Program-made: the position numbers and the translations under genes
Shown here: one piece after another, positions 39,173-52,628 of the stretch
Position numbering within the stretch: the stretch's first letter is position 1
Layout: every line of letters starts with the position of its first letter
Notes under the pieces: model-generated
What the model saw: only the letters and a program-made list of their open reading frames with translations
Databases searched by the model: none
What the model was told of the DNA's origin: nothing
Source: Eledone cirrhosa
Lineage: Eukaryota
Length of the DNA: 64,000 nt
NCBI GenBank assembly: GCA_964016885.1
Contig: OZ024760.1
Location: forward strand, 9,486,001-9,550,000
Reading direction: 5' to 3'

Positions 39173-41112
39173 CAGGTAAGTATTGTGATGGCTGTGTGGT
39201 TAAATCGTTGGCTCAACTGAGAGGTTGTCAGTTCACAGGTAAGTATTGTGATGGCTGTGTGGTTCAATTGTTGGCTCAACTGAGAGGTTGTCAGTTCACA
39301 GGTAAGTATTGTGATGGCTGTGTTGTTAAATTGTTGGCTCAACTGAGAGGTTGTCAGTTCACAGGTAAGTATTGTGATGGCTGTGTGGTTCAATTGTTGG
39401 CTCAACTGAGACGTTGTCAGTTCACAGGTAAGTATTGTGATGGCTGTGTTGTTAAATTGTTGGCTCAACTGAGACGTTGTCAGTTCACAGGTAAGTATTG
39501 TGATGGCTGTGTGGTTCAATTGTTGGCTCAACTGAGATGTTGTCAGTTCACAGGTAAGTATTGTGATGGCTGTGTTGTTAAATTGTTGGCTCAACTGAGA
39601 CGTTGTCAGTTCACAGGTAAGTATTGTGATGGCTGTGTGGTTCAATTGTTGGCTCAACTGAGACGTTGTCAGTTCACAGGTAAGTATTGTGATGGCTGTG
39701 TTGTTAAATTGTTGGCTCAACTGAGACGTTGTCAGTTCACAGGTAAGTATTGTGATGGCTGTGTGGTTCAATTGTTGGCTCAACTGAGACGTTGTCAGTT
39801 CACAGGTAAGTATTGTGATGGCTGTGTTGTTAAATTGTTGGCTCAACTGAGACGTTGTCAGTTCACAGGTAAGTATTGTGATGGCTGTGTTGTTAAATTG
39901 TTGGCTCAACTGAGAGGTTGTCAGTTCACAGGTATTTATTGTGATGGCTGTGTGGTTAAATTGTTGGCTCAACTGAGACGTTGTCAGTTCACAGGTAAGT
40001 ATTGTGATGGCTGTGTGGTTAAATTGTTGGCTCAACTGAGAGGTTGTCAGTTCACAGGTAAGTATTGTGATGGCTGTGTGGTTAAATTGTTGGCTCAACT
40101 GAGACGTTGTCAGTTCACAGGTAAGTATTGTGATGGCTGTGTAGTTCAATTGTTGGCTCAACTGAGACGTTATCAGTTCACAGGTAAGTATTGTGATGGC
40201 TGTGTTGTTAAATTGTTGGCTCAACTGAGAGGTTGTCAGTTCACAGGTAAGTATTGTGATGGCTGTGTGGTTAAATTGTTGGCTCAACTGAGAGGTTGTC
40301 AGTTCACAGGTAAGTATTGTGATGGCTGTGTTGTTAAATTGTTGGCTCAACTGAGACGTTGTCAGTTCACAGGTAAGTATTGTGATGGTTGTGTTGTTAA
40401 ATTGTTGGCTCAACTGAGACGTTGTCAGTTCACAGGTAAGTATTGTGATGGCTGTGTGGTTCAATTGTTGGCTCAACTGAGAGGTTGTCTGTTCACAGGT
40501 AAGTATTGTGATGGCTGTGTTGTTAAATTGTTGGCTCAACTGAGACGTTGTCAGTTCACAGGTAAGTATTGTGATGGCTGTGTTGTTAAATTGTTGGCTC
40601 AAGACGTTGTCAGTTCACAGGTAAGTATTGTGATGGCTGTGTTGTTAAATTGTTGGCTCAACTGAGAGGTTGTCTGTTCACAGGTAAGTATTGTGATGGC
40701 TGTGTGGTTTAATTGTTGGCTCAACTGAGAGGTTGTCTGTTCACAGGTAAGTATTGTGATGGCTGTGTGGTTAAATTGTTGGCTCAACTGAGACGTTGTC
40801 AGTTCACAGGTAAGTATTGTGATGGCTGTGTGGTTAAATTGTTGGCTCAACTGAGAGGTTGTCTGTTCACAGGTAAGTATTGTGATGGCTGTGTGGTTTA
40901 ATTGTTGGCTCAACTGAGAGGTTGTCAGTTCACAGGTAAGTATTGTGATGGCTGTGTGGTTAAATTGTTGGCTCAACTGAGAGGTTGTCAGTTCACAGGT
41001 AAGTATTGTGATGGCTGTGTGGTTCAATTGTTGGCTCAACTGAGATGTTGTCAGTTCACAGGTAAGTATTGTGATGGCTGTGTGGTTAAATTGTTGGCTC
41101 AACTGAGAGGTT
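39173..41112. repeat. 63-bp tandem repeat, ~31 copies
   Basis: Unit CAGGTAAGTATTGTGATGGCTGTGTGGTTAAATTGTTGGCTCAACTGAGAGGTTGTCAGTTCA. Confidence 0.97.
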
Positions 41113-42386
41113 GGATATCTTCTGCTCTTTTGTGGCTGACAGGGGACTACAGAAGATACAGGAAGTCACAGCAGCAGTTAGTCAAGTTTCAAATATGCAA
41201 CAAGTATTCATCAATCTGACATTATGGTTGATAATAAATGATGCGTCTCAATATATTTTAACCCTTTCAATACCAGCCAAAACCACCTCTGGTACTATGA
41301 AACAAAATCACCTATTTAAAGAGTTCCTATTTAACCTATTAGATGCAAAAATGGCCCCAGACGCTCTCTTGTTCTATGAAACAAAACCACACATTTTAAA
41401 GAGTTTCTATTTAACCATTTAAAATGGAACCAGTAGTGGTTTTGGAGCGTAGTTGGTTGTGGTGTTGGTTTTGATGTTGGTTTTGATGGTAGTGGTGGAG
41501 ATGGTGGTGGTGATGGTGGCTTTGATGGTAGTGGTGGAGGTGGTGGTGGTGATGGTGGCTTTGATGGTAGTGGTGGAGGAGGTGGTGGTGATGATGGTCG
41601 CTTTGATGGTGGTAGTGATGGTGGCATGCTAAATATTTCAAATATTTTAATTAAAGTGACTTTTGTCAACTCCCTCCTTCCTGACGCCTTCCCCCACATT
41701 CCATAGGGGTCGATGGTAGGAGGTGGTTTGGTGATGGTGGTGTTGGTGGTGGGTGGTAGTTTGTGGTTGGTGGGTGGTGGTTGGTGGGTGGTAGGAATTA
41801 AAGGACAAAAAAATGATAAAAGCTTGTCATATATATATATATGCACATATATATATATACACCCCCATCCGACTACCCCAACTCCCCCACCACACCCCCA
41901 TCAACACCACCCCTTTCTCTGTAAAGTTATGTTAGTACCACAACATCCAGTCCTAAATAAATGAGGTCGTGTAGGTGTCACGACAAAAATAACACACAGT
42001 CCACACTGTAATGTGGCCGTGTAGGTAACACGGTAAAAACCTCCCAGTTCCACACTGGAAACGTGGTTGGTGTTAGGAAGGGCATCCAGCCGTAGAAAAC
42101 CTGCCAGACAGTCCTATACGAGCAAGACAACCAATTTTGCCTCAAGTGGGACAATTCCCATCTAAACACATGCTAGCCTGGAAGATAGACGTTAAACGAT
42201 GATGATGATGATGATAATATATATCATCATCATCATCATCATCATCATTTTACGTCCGCTTTTCCCTGCTTGCAAGGGTGGTACGGGTATTATTCAGCAC
42301 AGCATCTCTCCACTTGTCACGGTCCTTCGTCATCTCCACCGTGAGCTTCAGCGATCTGAGGTCTGTTCTCACCACCTCCGCCCATG

Positions 42387-42443
<57 letters not shown>

Positions 42444-42544
42444 GGAGGTGAGTTTTATTGTAGTACAATAAAGCAATGCAAATATCGGATAAGAAGCACT
42501 CTACAGTTTGTAGGACTGGAACTCCTTTAACCATCTTTTGATCT

Positions 42545-42576
<32 letters not shown>

Positions 42577-43006
42577 TATTTTGCTTCTCATTTATAATAT
42601 TTCTATGCACACAAGCTTCTTTATCATTACACTAAAAATACTTTACCACTACAACCTCCATAATACTCTTGATTACCCGCTTAAAGTGCTTGTATTGCAT
42701 ATAACACCTTGCCGCACAATAATCTTATATAAATAAGACACACGTGCATGCCCCACGTGTAACTATTGCATGCACTAACTACTTCAACTGACTAACAAAC
42801 TATCCTCTTGTATTATCTTCGTAAACTGCCGATGTTGTATTTTAACTTTAATTTTGTTCTAATATGATTTAAATTTTTGAATTTAAATTGCCATGCAAAA
42901 ATATTGTAATGGATGTCACCCCACTGTGCATCGATATATACATATGTATCTGTATGTCTCTTGTGTTGGAAAGGAGGTCATGTATGTAAACAATCATTGA
43001 AAAATT

Positions 43007-43051
43007 GCTCTGAAGACTCCAAACCTCGGTTTGGACGAAACAATTGTAAGC
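43007..43051 (+). ncRNA. Type I hammerhead ribozyme candidate, family D
   Basis: GCT-CTGAAGA-C-TCCAAACC-TC-GGTTTGGA-C-GAAA-CAATTG-TA-AGC. Confidence 0.75.
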
Positions 43052-43496
43052 TAATAAATGGTTTGAACAGAACTTTGATTCATGTGAATTCTATATATAT
43101 ATATATATATCCCGTCTAACCCATGCTAGCGTGGAAGAACGGATATAAAACGGTGATGATGAAGATGATGATGATGATTCCTCTGATGTCCTTGAGTGTC
43201 ACACTGCCAATCACTGCAGTGGTCACATCACACCTTCTGTCCTCGGAGGGTTTTCTTTTGTAAGTCAGTTCTCCTTGTCAATGTTGTCAGTCCAAATCCA
43301 CTGCAGCTTCTCTTTCTGGTATTGGAAAGTAAGGACTTAGATTATGTGTGTTTGTGGAGGAACTTAGCTGTGATAGACTAGCTTCCTCTCCAGAGGCAGA
43401 TGTAACTCACATCAGTCTTAACAGTTTGGAAGCCATATTTAAGTGAACTGGCTTCTGTATCTTGGTTATTGTAGTTGTTACTTTGTTAATAATCAT

Positions 43497-44810
43497 GGGT
43501 TGTATGTACCCTTGTTACCGAAGGGTAGTCACTTTATAGCCCATGGGTAGTGTGTACCCTTCTTACCCGAGGGTAGTCCCTTTATAGCCCAGGGTAGTGT
43601 GTACCCTTGTTAGCCGAGGGTAGTTCCTTTATAGCCTAGGGTAATGTGTACCCTTGTTAGCCGAGGGTATTCCCTTTATGGCCCAGGGTGGTGTGTACCC
43701 TTGTTAGCTGAGGGTAGCCCTATGTACACTTGTTAGCCGAGGGTAATCCCTTTATGGCCCAGGCTGGTGTGTACCCTTGTTAGCTGAGGGTAGCCCTATG
43801 TACCCTTGTTAGCCGAGGGTAGTTCCTTTATGGCCCAGGGTGGTGTGTACCCTTGTTAGCTGAGGGGAGCCCTATGTACCCTTATTAGCCGAGGGTTGGC
43901 CCTTTATAGTCCAGGGTGGTATGTACCCTTGTTAGCCGAGGGGAGCCCTATGTACCCTTGTTAGCCGAGGGTTGGCCCTTTATAGTCCAGGGTGGTATGT
44001 ACCCTTGTTAGCCGAGGGTAGCCCTATGTACCCTTGTTAGCCGAGGGTTGGCCCTTTATGGCCCAGGGTGGTGTGTACCCTTGTTAGCCGAGGGTAGCCC
44101 TATGTACTCTTGTTAGCCGAGGGTTGGCCCTTTATGGCCCAGGGTGGTATGTACCCTTGTTAGCCGAGGGTAGCCCTATGTACCCTTGTTAGCCGAGGGT
44201 AGTCCCTTTATGGCCCAGGGTGGTATGTACCCTTGTTAGCCGAGGGTAGCCCTATGTACTCTTGTTAGCCGAGGGTAGTCCCTTTATGGCCCAGGGTGGT
44301 ATGTACCCTTGTTAGCCGAGGGTAGCCCTATGTACTCTTGTTAGCCGAGGGTAGTCCCTTTATGGCCCAGGGTGGTGTGTACCCTTGTTAGCCGAGGGTA
44401 GCCCTATGTACCCTTGTTAGCCGAGGGTTGGCCCTTTATGGCCCAGGGTGGTATGTACCCTTGTTAGCCGAGGGTAGCCCGATGTACCTTTGTTAGCCGA
44501 GGGTTGGCCCTTTATGGCCCAGGGTGGTATGTACCCTTGTTAGCCGAGGGGAGCCCTATGTACCCTTGTTAGCCGAGGGTAGTTCCTTTATGGCCCAGGG
44601 TGGTGTGTACCCTTGTTAGCTGAGGGGAGCCCTATGTACCCTTGTTAGCCGAGGGTTGGCCCTTTATAGTCCAGGGTGGTATGTACCCTTGTTAGCCGAG
44701 GGTAGCCCTATGTACCCTTGTTAGCCGAGGGTTGGCCCTTTATGGCCCAGGGTGGTATGTACCCTTGTTAGCCGAGGGTAGCCCTATGTACCTTTGTTAG
44801 CTGAGGGTCG
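43497..44810. repeat. Minisatellite: 47-bp monomers grading into a 76-bp (29+47) higher-order unit
   Basis: Shared core GTACCCTTGTTAGCCGAGGG; period 76 (44041 to 44117). Confidence 0.93.
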
Positions 44811-45244
44811 TTCCTTCCTTTGACTGTGTCATGCTATGTAAATATATTCCACTGGACAATTAGACAATTTCTTCATTCTAAATACTCTGGTTTCTTCAAG
44901 TTGGACAATGTCCAGAATAGGGCAGTTATTTAGAGGACATGATTAATCAACCAACACACACACACACACACACACACATGCGTGCGCACACTAATACACA
45001 CACACACATACACAGACATACACACACATATACACACATACACATACACACACGTGTGCGTGCACACATCCCCACACACATATATACACATGTACACATG
45101 CACACACATACATACACACACATGCACACGCGCACACAAATACACACACACACACACTCTCTCTCTCTCTCTCCCTCTCTCTCTCTCCATGTAATGACAA
45201 TACAGACTGTAGACAAGGAACTATTAAATTAACTTAATGAAAGA

Positions 45245-45974
45245 CTACCACCACCACTACCACCACCACCATCACCTCAACTACCACTACCACCACCACC
45301 ATCACCTCAACTACCACCACTACCACCACCTCAACTACCACCACTACCACCACCTCAACCACCACCACCACCACCACCATCACCTCAACCACCACCACCA
45401 CCACCACCATCACCTCAACTACCACCACCACCATCACCTCAACCACCACCACCACCACCACCATCACCTCAACTACCACCACCACCATCACCTCAACTAC
45501 CACCACCACCACCACCATCACCTCAACTACCACTACCACCATCACCTCAACCACCGCCATCACTTCTACCACTATCACCACAACCACCACCACCACCACC
45601 GCCACCACCACCTCAACTACCACCACCACCACCATCACCTCAACTACCACCACCACCACCACCATCACCTCAACTACCACCACCACCACCACCACCACCA
45701 CCACCACCACCACCACCACCACCATCACCTCAACTACCACCACCACCACAACCATCACCTCAACCACCGCCATCACCACTACCACTATCACCACAACTAC
45801 CACCACAACCACCACCACCATCACCACCACCACCACCACTGCCATCACCATCACCACCACCAGCATCATCACCACCACCATCACCACCACCACCACCATC
45901 ACCACCATCACCACCACCATCACCACCAGCATCATCACGACCACCATCACCACCACCACCACCACCACCACCAC

Positions 45975-46006
<32 letters not shown>
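45245..46006. repeat. (CAC)n-based trinucleotide array ending in (CAG)n
   Basis: Direct inspection. Confidence 0.95.
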
Positions 46007-46008
<2 letters not shown>

Positions 46009-46129
46009 GGGAGTACTGAGACAAGAAGGAAGTAGTGAGGTTTTATTAACCAACCAAATCAGACCATCAGATAGAATTTGTTTGACAGATGGTCACATGG
46101 TAATGAACATGTGACACACACATACATAC

Positions 46130-46177
<48 letters not shown>

Positions 46178-46464
46178 GCATCTATCTATCTATCTATATA
46201 TATATGGTATATATATATATTTATATATATATAACAAACCTGTCCCCACTCTCTTCCTTCTAATGAAATAATAAATACACCCACAGACCTACCCCCATAG
46301 ACTTACCCCCACAGACCCCCCCCCCACAGATCTACCCCCACACACCACTGAACTCACTGACACAATTACCTGCCCACCTGTACCCCACCTATCTCTGCCC
46401 TCCTACACCTACTATATAAACATGCTTGAAATCTCTGCACCACCCACCACAACACACCCAGACT

Positions 46465-46530
<66 letters not shown>

Positions 46531-46568
46531 ATATTAATAAATGGAAACTATATTTATAAAACCATATT

Positions 46569-46634
46569 TATTTTATTATACATATTTCAAGGGCCACCAA
46601 GGCAAATTATGGTGCGCTTTCATCAGATAAAATA
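46569..46634 (-). ncRNA. Type I hammerhead ribozyme candidate, family C
   Basis: TATTTTAT-CTGATGA-AAGCGCACCA...TGGTGGCCCTT-GAAA-TATGTA-TA-ATAAAATA. Confidence 0.7.
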
Positions 46635-48305
46635 CAATACAGATTAGTTTTATAAATATATAAATATTGACTACAGTCAGTAGGCATCTCTAACAAAATA
46701 CACCCCCCCCCACCCCATCCACACCGCCCCCTTCAATGTAAAGTTATGTTGGTGCCACAACATCCAGGCCGAAACAAATGAGATCGTGTAGGTGTCACGA
46801 CAAAAAACACACAGGCCACGCTGTAATGTGGCCGTGTAGGCAACACGGTAAAAACCTCCCAGCCCCACACTGTAAATGTGGTTGGTGTTAGGAAGGGCAT
46901 CCAGCTGTAGAAAACCCGCCAGACAGTCCACGCTGTAATGTGGCCGTGTAGGCAACACGGTAAAAACCTCCCAGCCCCACACTGTAAATGTGGTTGGTGT
47001 TAGGAAGGGCATCCAGCTGTAGAAAACCCGCCAGACAGTCCACGCTGTAATGTGACCGTGTAGGCAACACGGTAAAAACCTCCCAGCCCCACACTGTAAA
47101 TGTGGTTGGTGTTAGGAAGGGCATCCAGCTGTAGAAAACCCGCCAGACAGTCCTATGCGAGCAAGACAACCACTCTTGCCTCAAGTGGGAAAACTCCCGT
47201 CCAAACCCATGCAAGCGTGGAACATGGACGTTAAACGATGATGATGATGATGATGATGATGACATACCCTGAAAAAAGACAGCCTTAACGGTTGGAGCTT
47301 CCTGGATAATATGGTTTTATAAATATAGTTTCAATTTGTTAATATATTGTATATTTACTCCAATAATTTGTTGAGTGCTTTATATCAGTTATAAAAATAT
47401 TTTTAAGCTTGTTGTATCCCAACAAATTAAATATGACCTCTGCATATATGTGTATATATATGTGTGTATATATGTGTGTGTATATGTGTGTATATATGTG
47501 TGTGTATATATGTGTGTATATATGTGTGTTTGTGTCAGGTCACCAGCTGGTGCTACTGGTAACATGTATCCCAGTACAACCTGTCTCATGGTCGGGTCGT
47601 TGGAGACTAAACTGGCAACCCTACCAAGGTTTCTTGGTGAGGAGGGTGACTTTGGACATTCTGCAGGACTAAAAACAAAACCTGTCAAAGGGCAAAGGAG
47701 CTCTTAAGAGTCAATGGCCATCCAAAATCACCGGGAGAGATGACCCCTTAGCCTTTGTCAAGGCAGAATTCTAGGAGAAAGAAAACTCTGATATAACACC
47801 TGCAACCCTGATGGTATCCAATGATGTTGACTTGTTCTTCTTTTTGGTAAATATCATCTTGGTTAAGAGAGTGGGACTGGCTTTGTGCAGTGCCTTTGCT
47901 CACTATAAAAGCTTCACGGCACAGGCATTGCTTTATATCTGGAGATCTCTCTGCACTTGTCGTCACATGGTACCATGGGCCCAGCACTATGTGTCAATAA
48001 TTGTCACAAGTGTAGTGTTTGTACCAGAGTTTTCAAGTCACTGGCTGGACTAAAAAGTCACACTCGTTCAGCGCATCGGTAGGGGTTCTCCTACATGGAT
48101 ATAAAGTAGTGGCCGTACTCGAAAACGAGTTGGCAGCCATCATATATGTGTGTAACATCATAAAAAACTAGGCAGCTGTTGATTATTATTCCTCTTCGTG
48201 AGATATATATTAGATGAGGTGTGTATAGCATATATATATGTGTGTGTATATATATATATATATATATACATACACACGTATATATATATACACACACATA
48301 CATAT

Positions 48306-48353
<48 letters not shown>

Positions 48354-48385
48354 ACACACACACACATATATATATATACACACAC

Positions 48386-48420
<35 letters not shown>

Positions 48421-48721
48421 TATATATATACACATACACATATATATAGAAACACACACATATATATACACACACACACACATATATATATATGCATATA
48501 TACATGGATATACACACGCTTGTGTGAGTTAGTGTATATATATATATAAGTATGTATATATATATATATATATGTATAAGTGTATGTATCAAACTATCTA
48601 TAGCTAATCAGAGTGATTATATATATATATACATACATACTTATATATATATATATATATACATATATATGTATATATATATATATATATATACATACTT
48701 ATATATATATATATATATATA

Positions 48722-48776
<55 letters not shown>

Positions 48777-49444
48777 ATAAAACACAAGTAACCAGCTTTG
48801 ATCATGTGTTGCTACCAGACCTGCTAATAAACTATGTAAAACATAATGACTAGAATTACCATATTCATGTCAACCACCAAACACATCAGCACTATCACCA
48901 ATAATATTTTCACTGCATGCTGTCACTATATTACTGAGCATAGCTGTGTGTTCCTTGGCTTGGAGCAGTTTTGTTTTTGGTGTACATGACTGAACTCTAT
49001 TTAGTATGTGCATCTGCAGTACATATAGTGGTATTTTTCCGTATGTTGTATATATATATATATATCATTTCATCATTTCATTTTACGTCCGCTTTTTCCC
49101 TGCTTGCAAGGGTGGGACGGGAACTGATTCTGGCTTGATTTCTACAGCTGGATGCCCTTCCTAACACCAACCTCATTTACAGTGAGTGCTGGGTGCTTTT
49201 TTTGCCGTGGCACCTCCACGGCTACTTTGCAGTGGAATAATAGCGACCCCAGTCCCTAGCATCTCATTTCTACAGCTGAGTAAACTGGAGCAATGTGAAA
49301 TAAAGTGTCTTGCTCAAGGAAACGTCACATCACCCGGTCTGAGAATTGAACTCACAACCTTTCGATTGCAAGGCCAAAGCTCTAACCCCTAAACCATGTG
49401 CCTTATAATATATAAGAACAAAAGATGGTTAAAAGAGTGTCATG

Positions 49445-49515
49445 TATTTTATTATGCGCATTTCAAAAACAAATATCATCATGCAATAATATTTGTGTTT
49501 TCATCAGATAAAACA
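49445..49515 (-). ncRNA. Type I hammerhead ribozyme candidate
   Basis: TGTTTTAT-CTGATGA-AAACACAAATATTAT...ATGATATTTGTTTTT-GAAA-TGCGCA palindrome-TA-ATAAAATA. Confidence 0.75.
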
Positions 49516-49621
49516 GGAAGACATGATATGAAGGTTAAAAAACACTTGTGGATAGTGCAGTTTTAAATCAACATATGAAAAGTAGGTTTAGATTGATGTG
49601 TGATATTGGGAAAAATATATT

Positions 49622-49662
<41 letters not shown>

Positions 49663-49723
49663 GGAGGCACATGGCTTAGTGGTTATATATATATATACTA
49701 TAATCACTAAGCCATGTGCCTCC

Positions 49724-49781
<58 letters not shown>

Positions 49782-49801
49782 CCACAAAGCCATGTCCCTC
49801 C

Positions 49802-49887
<86 letters not shown>

Positions 49888-50049
49888 ATATATATATAGA
49901 TTTTGAGTATATGTTGGTTGTATACCAACACCTCAGTATGCAGGCTGGAGCACTCGACGAAGTGCGCAGGTTGGTTTGGTTACTCCGGAGTAATGTAAAA
50001 TAAAGTTAAATAAAAAGTCAAATATTTAAAATTTAGCTTCGTTTAATAT

Positions 50050-50083
<34 letters not shown>

Positions 50084-50832
50084 GGTTTAGCGTCCGTGTT
50101 CCACGCTTGCATGGGTTTGGACGGGATTTTCCCACTTGAGGCAAGAGTGGTTGTCTTGCTCTCATAGGACTGTCTGTCGGGTTTTCTACAGTTGGATGCC
50201 CTTCCTAACACCAACCACATTTACAGTGTGGGGCTGGGAGGTTTTTACCGTGTTGCCTACATGGCCACATTACAGCGTGGACTGTCTGGCGGGTTTTCTA
50301 CAGCTGGATGCCCTTCCTAACACCAACCACATTTACAGTGTGGGGCTGGGAGGTTTTTACCGTGTTGCCTACACGGCCACATTTACAGCGTGGACTGTGT
50401 GTTTTTTTGTCGTGACACCTACACGATCTCATTTGTTTCGGCCTGGATGTTAAAATGTGGTAAGGAACCAGATGGACCATAACGCACCAAAGTACTCAAT
50501 ACTTAGGGTAGTAGAGTGGGTAATAGGAACAAGTATGACCCCGACAGCAGAGCTCAAGCCGTTCCGACGGCTAATTCTGGACTGAATTAGCGTCGAAAAG
50601 GCTTGAGCTCTGCCGTCGGGGTCATACTTGTTCCTATATATATATATATATATAAAAATAAATTATCGAGAATCGGAATCTCGGCCCACGAAATAACGAA
50701 ACACAATCTTCGAAAAGTGTGGTAAAGTGCTCAATAGTTTGGATAAACCAGAGCTATAACTAACGTTTAAATACCAAGACACAGCCGAAAAAACGACCAA
50801 GAAAATTCGGGTCAGACAAATAATAATATATA

Positions 50833-50889
<57 letters not shown>

Positions 50890-51207
50890 TGAAGAATGAA
50901 AATAAAAGAAAGGATTCTTAACAATGAACTAATTAAGAACTTATCTTTTCTTTTATTTTCATTGTTCAATATATATGCTCACTCACACACACATACACAT
51001 ATATATGTATGTATATATATAGAAGGAGCTTCTACAGGACTAGTACTGTTTCATTCAGATGAAATCTTCAGCTTCCTGAAGATTTCATCTGAATGAAACA
51101 GTACTAGTCCTGTAGAAGCTCCTTCTATACAATAAAAAATTTTTACTCTGCCATGTATTGAGTACCTTACTTACTGTGGTTATCCCCGACTCAACCCGGG
51201 ACCTATG

Positions 51208-51248
<41 letters not shown>

Positions 51249-51343
51249 GTAGAACACTGGAAGGTAATATCCGTAGTGGTAGAACACTCAGTCCAAGGGA
51301 CGAGTTAGGTAGAAGTGGTTACACAACAGTTAGTTCACCATAC

Positions 51344-51381
51344 CGAGAACAATTGTTTCACCTTAGCGGATCCTCAGCTCG
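51344..51381 (-). ncRNA. Minimal type I hammerhead candidate (38 nt)
   Basis: CGAG-CTGAGGA-T-CC-GCTAA-GG-T-GAAA-CAATTG-TT-CTCG. Confidence 0.7.
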
Positions 51382-51546
51382 TAATGGACATGGTTATACG
51401 GAACATATATATCATATATGCAAAAGTTCTATTTAAATTGTTGGCATACAACAAGCAAATATTTTTATAACTCATATAAAGCACTCAAGTATTTGGAGTA
51501 AACATACGATATTAACAAATGGAAACTATATTTATAAAACCATATT

Positions 51547-51611
51547 TATTTTATTATACATATTTCAAGGACACCAAGTTAAATTATGGTGTGCTTTCAT
51601 CAGATAAAATA
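51547..51611 (-). ncRNA. Type I hammerhead candidate, family C, left arm of an inverted pair
   Basis: Reverse complement of 51696-51760 with one loop difference. Confidence 0.75.
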
Positions 51612-51695
51612 TAATATAGATCAGTTTTATAAATAAATATTGACATATCCTTAAAAAATGCAACCATTACTGTTGGAAGCTCCCGGATAGTATTG

Positions 51696-51760
51696 TATTT
51701 TATCTGATGAAAGCACACCATAATTTAACGTGGTGTCCTTGAAATATGTATAATAAAATA
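51696..51760 (+). ncRNA. Type I hammerhead candidate, family C, right arm of an inverted pair
   Basis: TATTTTAT-CTGATGA-AAGCACACCA..TGGTGTCCTT-GAAA-TATGTA-TA-ATAAAATA. Confidence 0.78.
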
Positions 51761-52498
51761 AATATGGTTTTATAAATATAGTTTCCATTTGTTAATATCG
51801 TATATCTATATATATGTGTGTGTGTGTCTGTGTGTGTGTGTGTATGTGTAGTTTGTGTGTGTGTGTTTGTGAATGTGTGTGTTTATATATATATGTATTT
51901 ATATGATGGGTGAAGAAATGTCAGGAAATGGCAGCGGAAGGAAGCAACAGTAGAGGCAGACGAGGAATGACCTGGGCAGAGGTGGTGAGAGGTGACCTCA
52001 AATTGCTGAGACTCACCGACGGAGATGGGGAAGGAACATGAGAAGTGGGGGGGATGTTGTGCTGAGAAGGACCCGTCCAGCCCATGCTGGCAGGAAAAAG
52101 CAGACGTAAACATGGTGATGATATATAATATATACATGGGAAATATATATATACATGAACAGCACAACACCACAACATCACACATACACACACACATACA
52201 CAGAGACACACACACACAGACACACACAAATACACATACACACACACACACAGACATACAGACACACAGACACAGACATTTATATATATGTATATATATA
52301 TGTGTAAAATAATTGTATACAAACGGGAAAAACATCAACACCACAACATCACACACACACACAGAGACACACACACACAGACACACACAAATACACATAC
52401 ACACAGACATACAGACACACACACACACATTTATATATATGTATATATATGTGTAAAATAATTGTATACAAACGGGAAAAACATCAACACCACAACAT

Positions 52499-52555
<57 letters not shown>

Positions 52556-52582
52556 CATTTATATAAACAGCATAGTACTTAC

Positions 52583-52606
52583 AATTCACTGTTCAACTTA
52601 GTTTGT
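52583..52606 (-). CDS. 24-nt host-gene microexon (QTKLNSE), phase 2-2
   Basis: tatttttgttgtag| acceptor and TT|gtaagt donor; in frame with 30498-30611. Confidence 0.55.
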
Positions 52607-52628
52607 CTACAACAAAAATACATGTAGA

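Noticed and set aside
39049-41219. 538-aa Cys-rich repeat ORF and its antisense ORFs
   Set aside because: By-product of a 63-bp (3n) tandem repeat open on both strands; a 4-bp deletion near 40601 breaks the frame; no unique domain.
43180-43490. Unique sequence with a minus-strand GAT|gtgagt donor
   Set aside because: No convincing acceptor or phase-consistent open frame.
45237-46019. Histidine-rich protein
   Set aside because: (CAC)n repeat with no splice or domain support.
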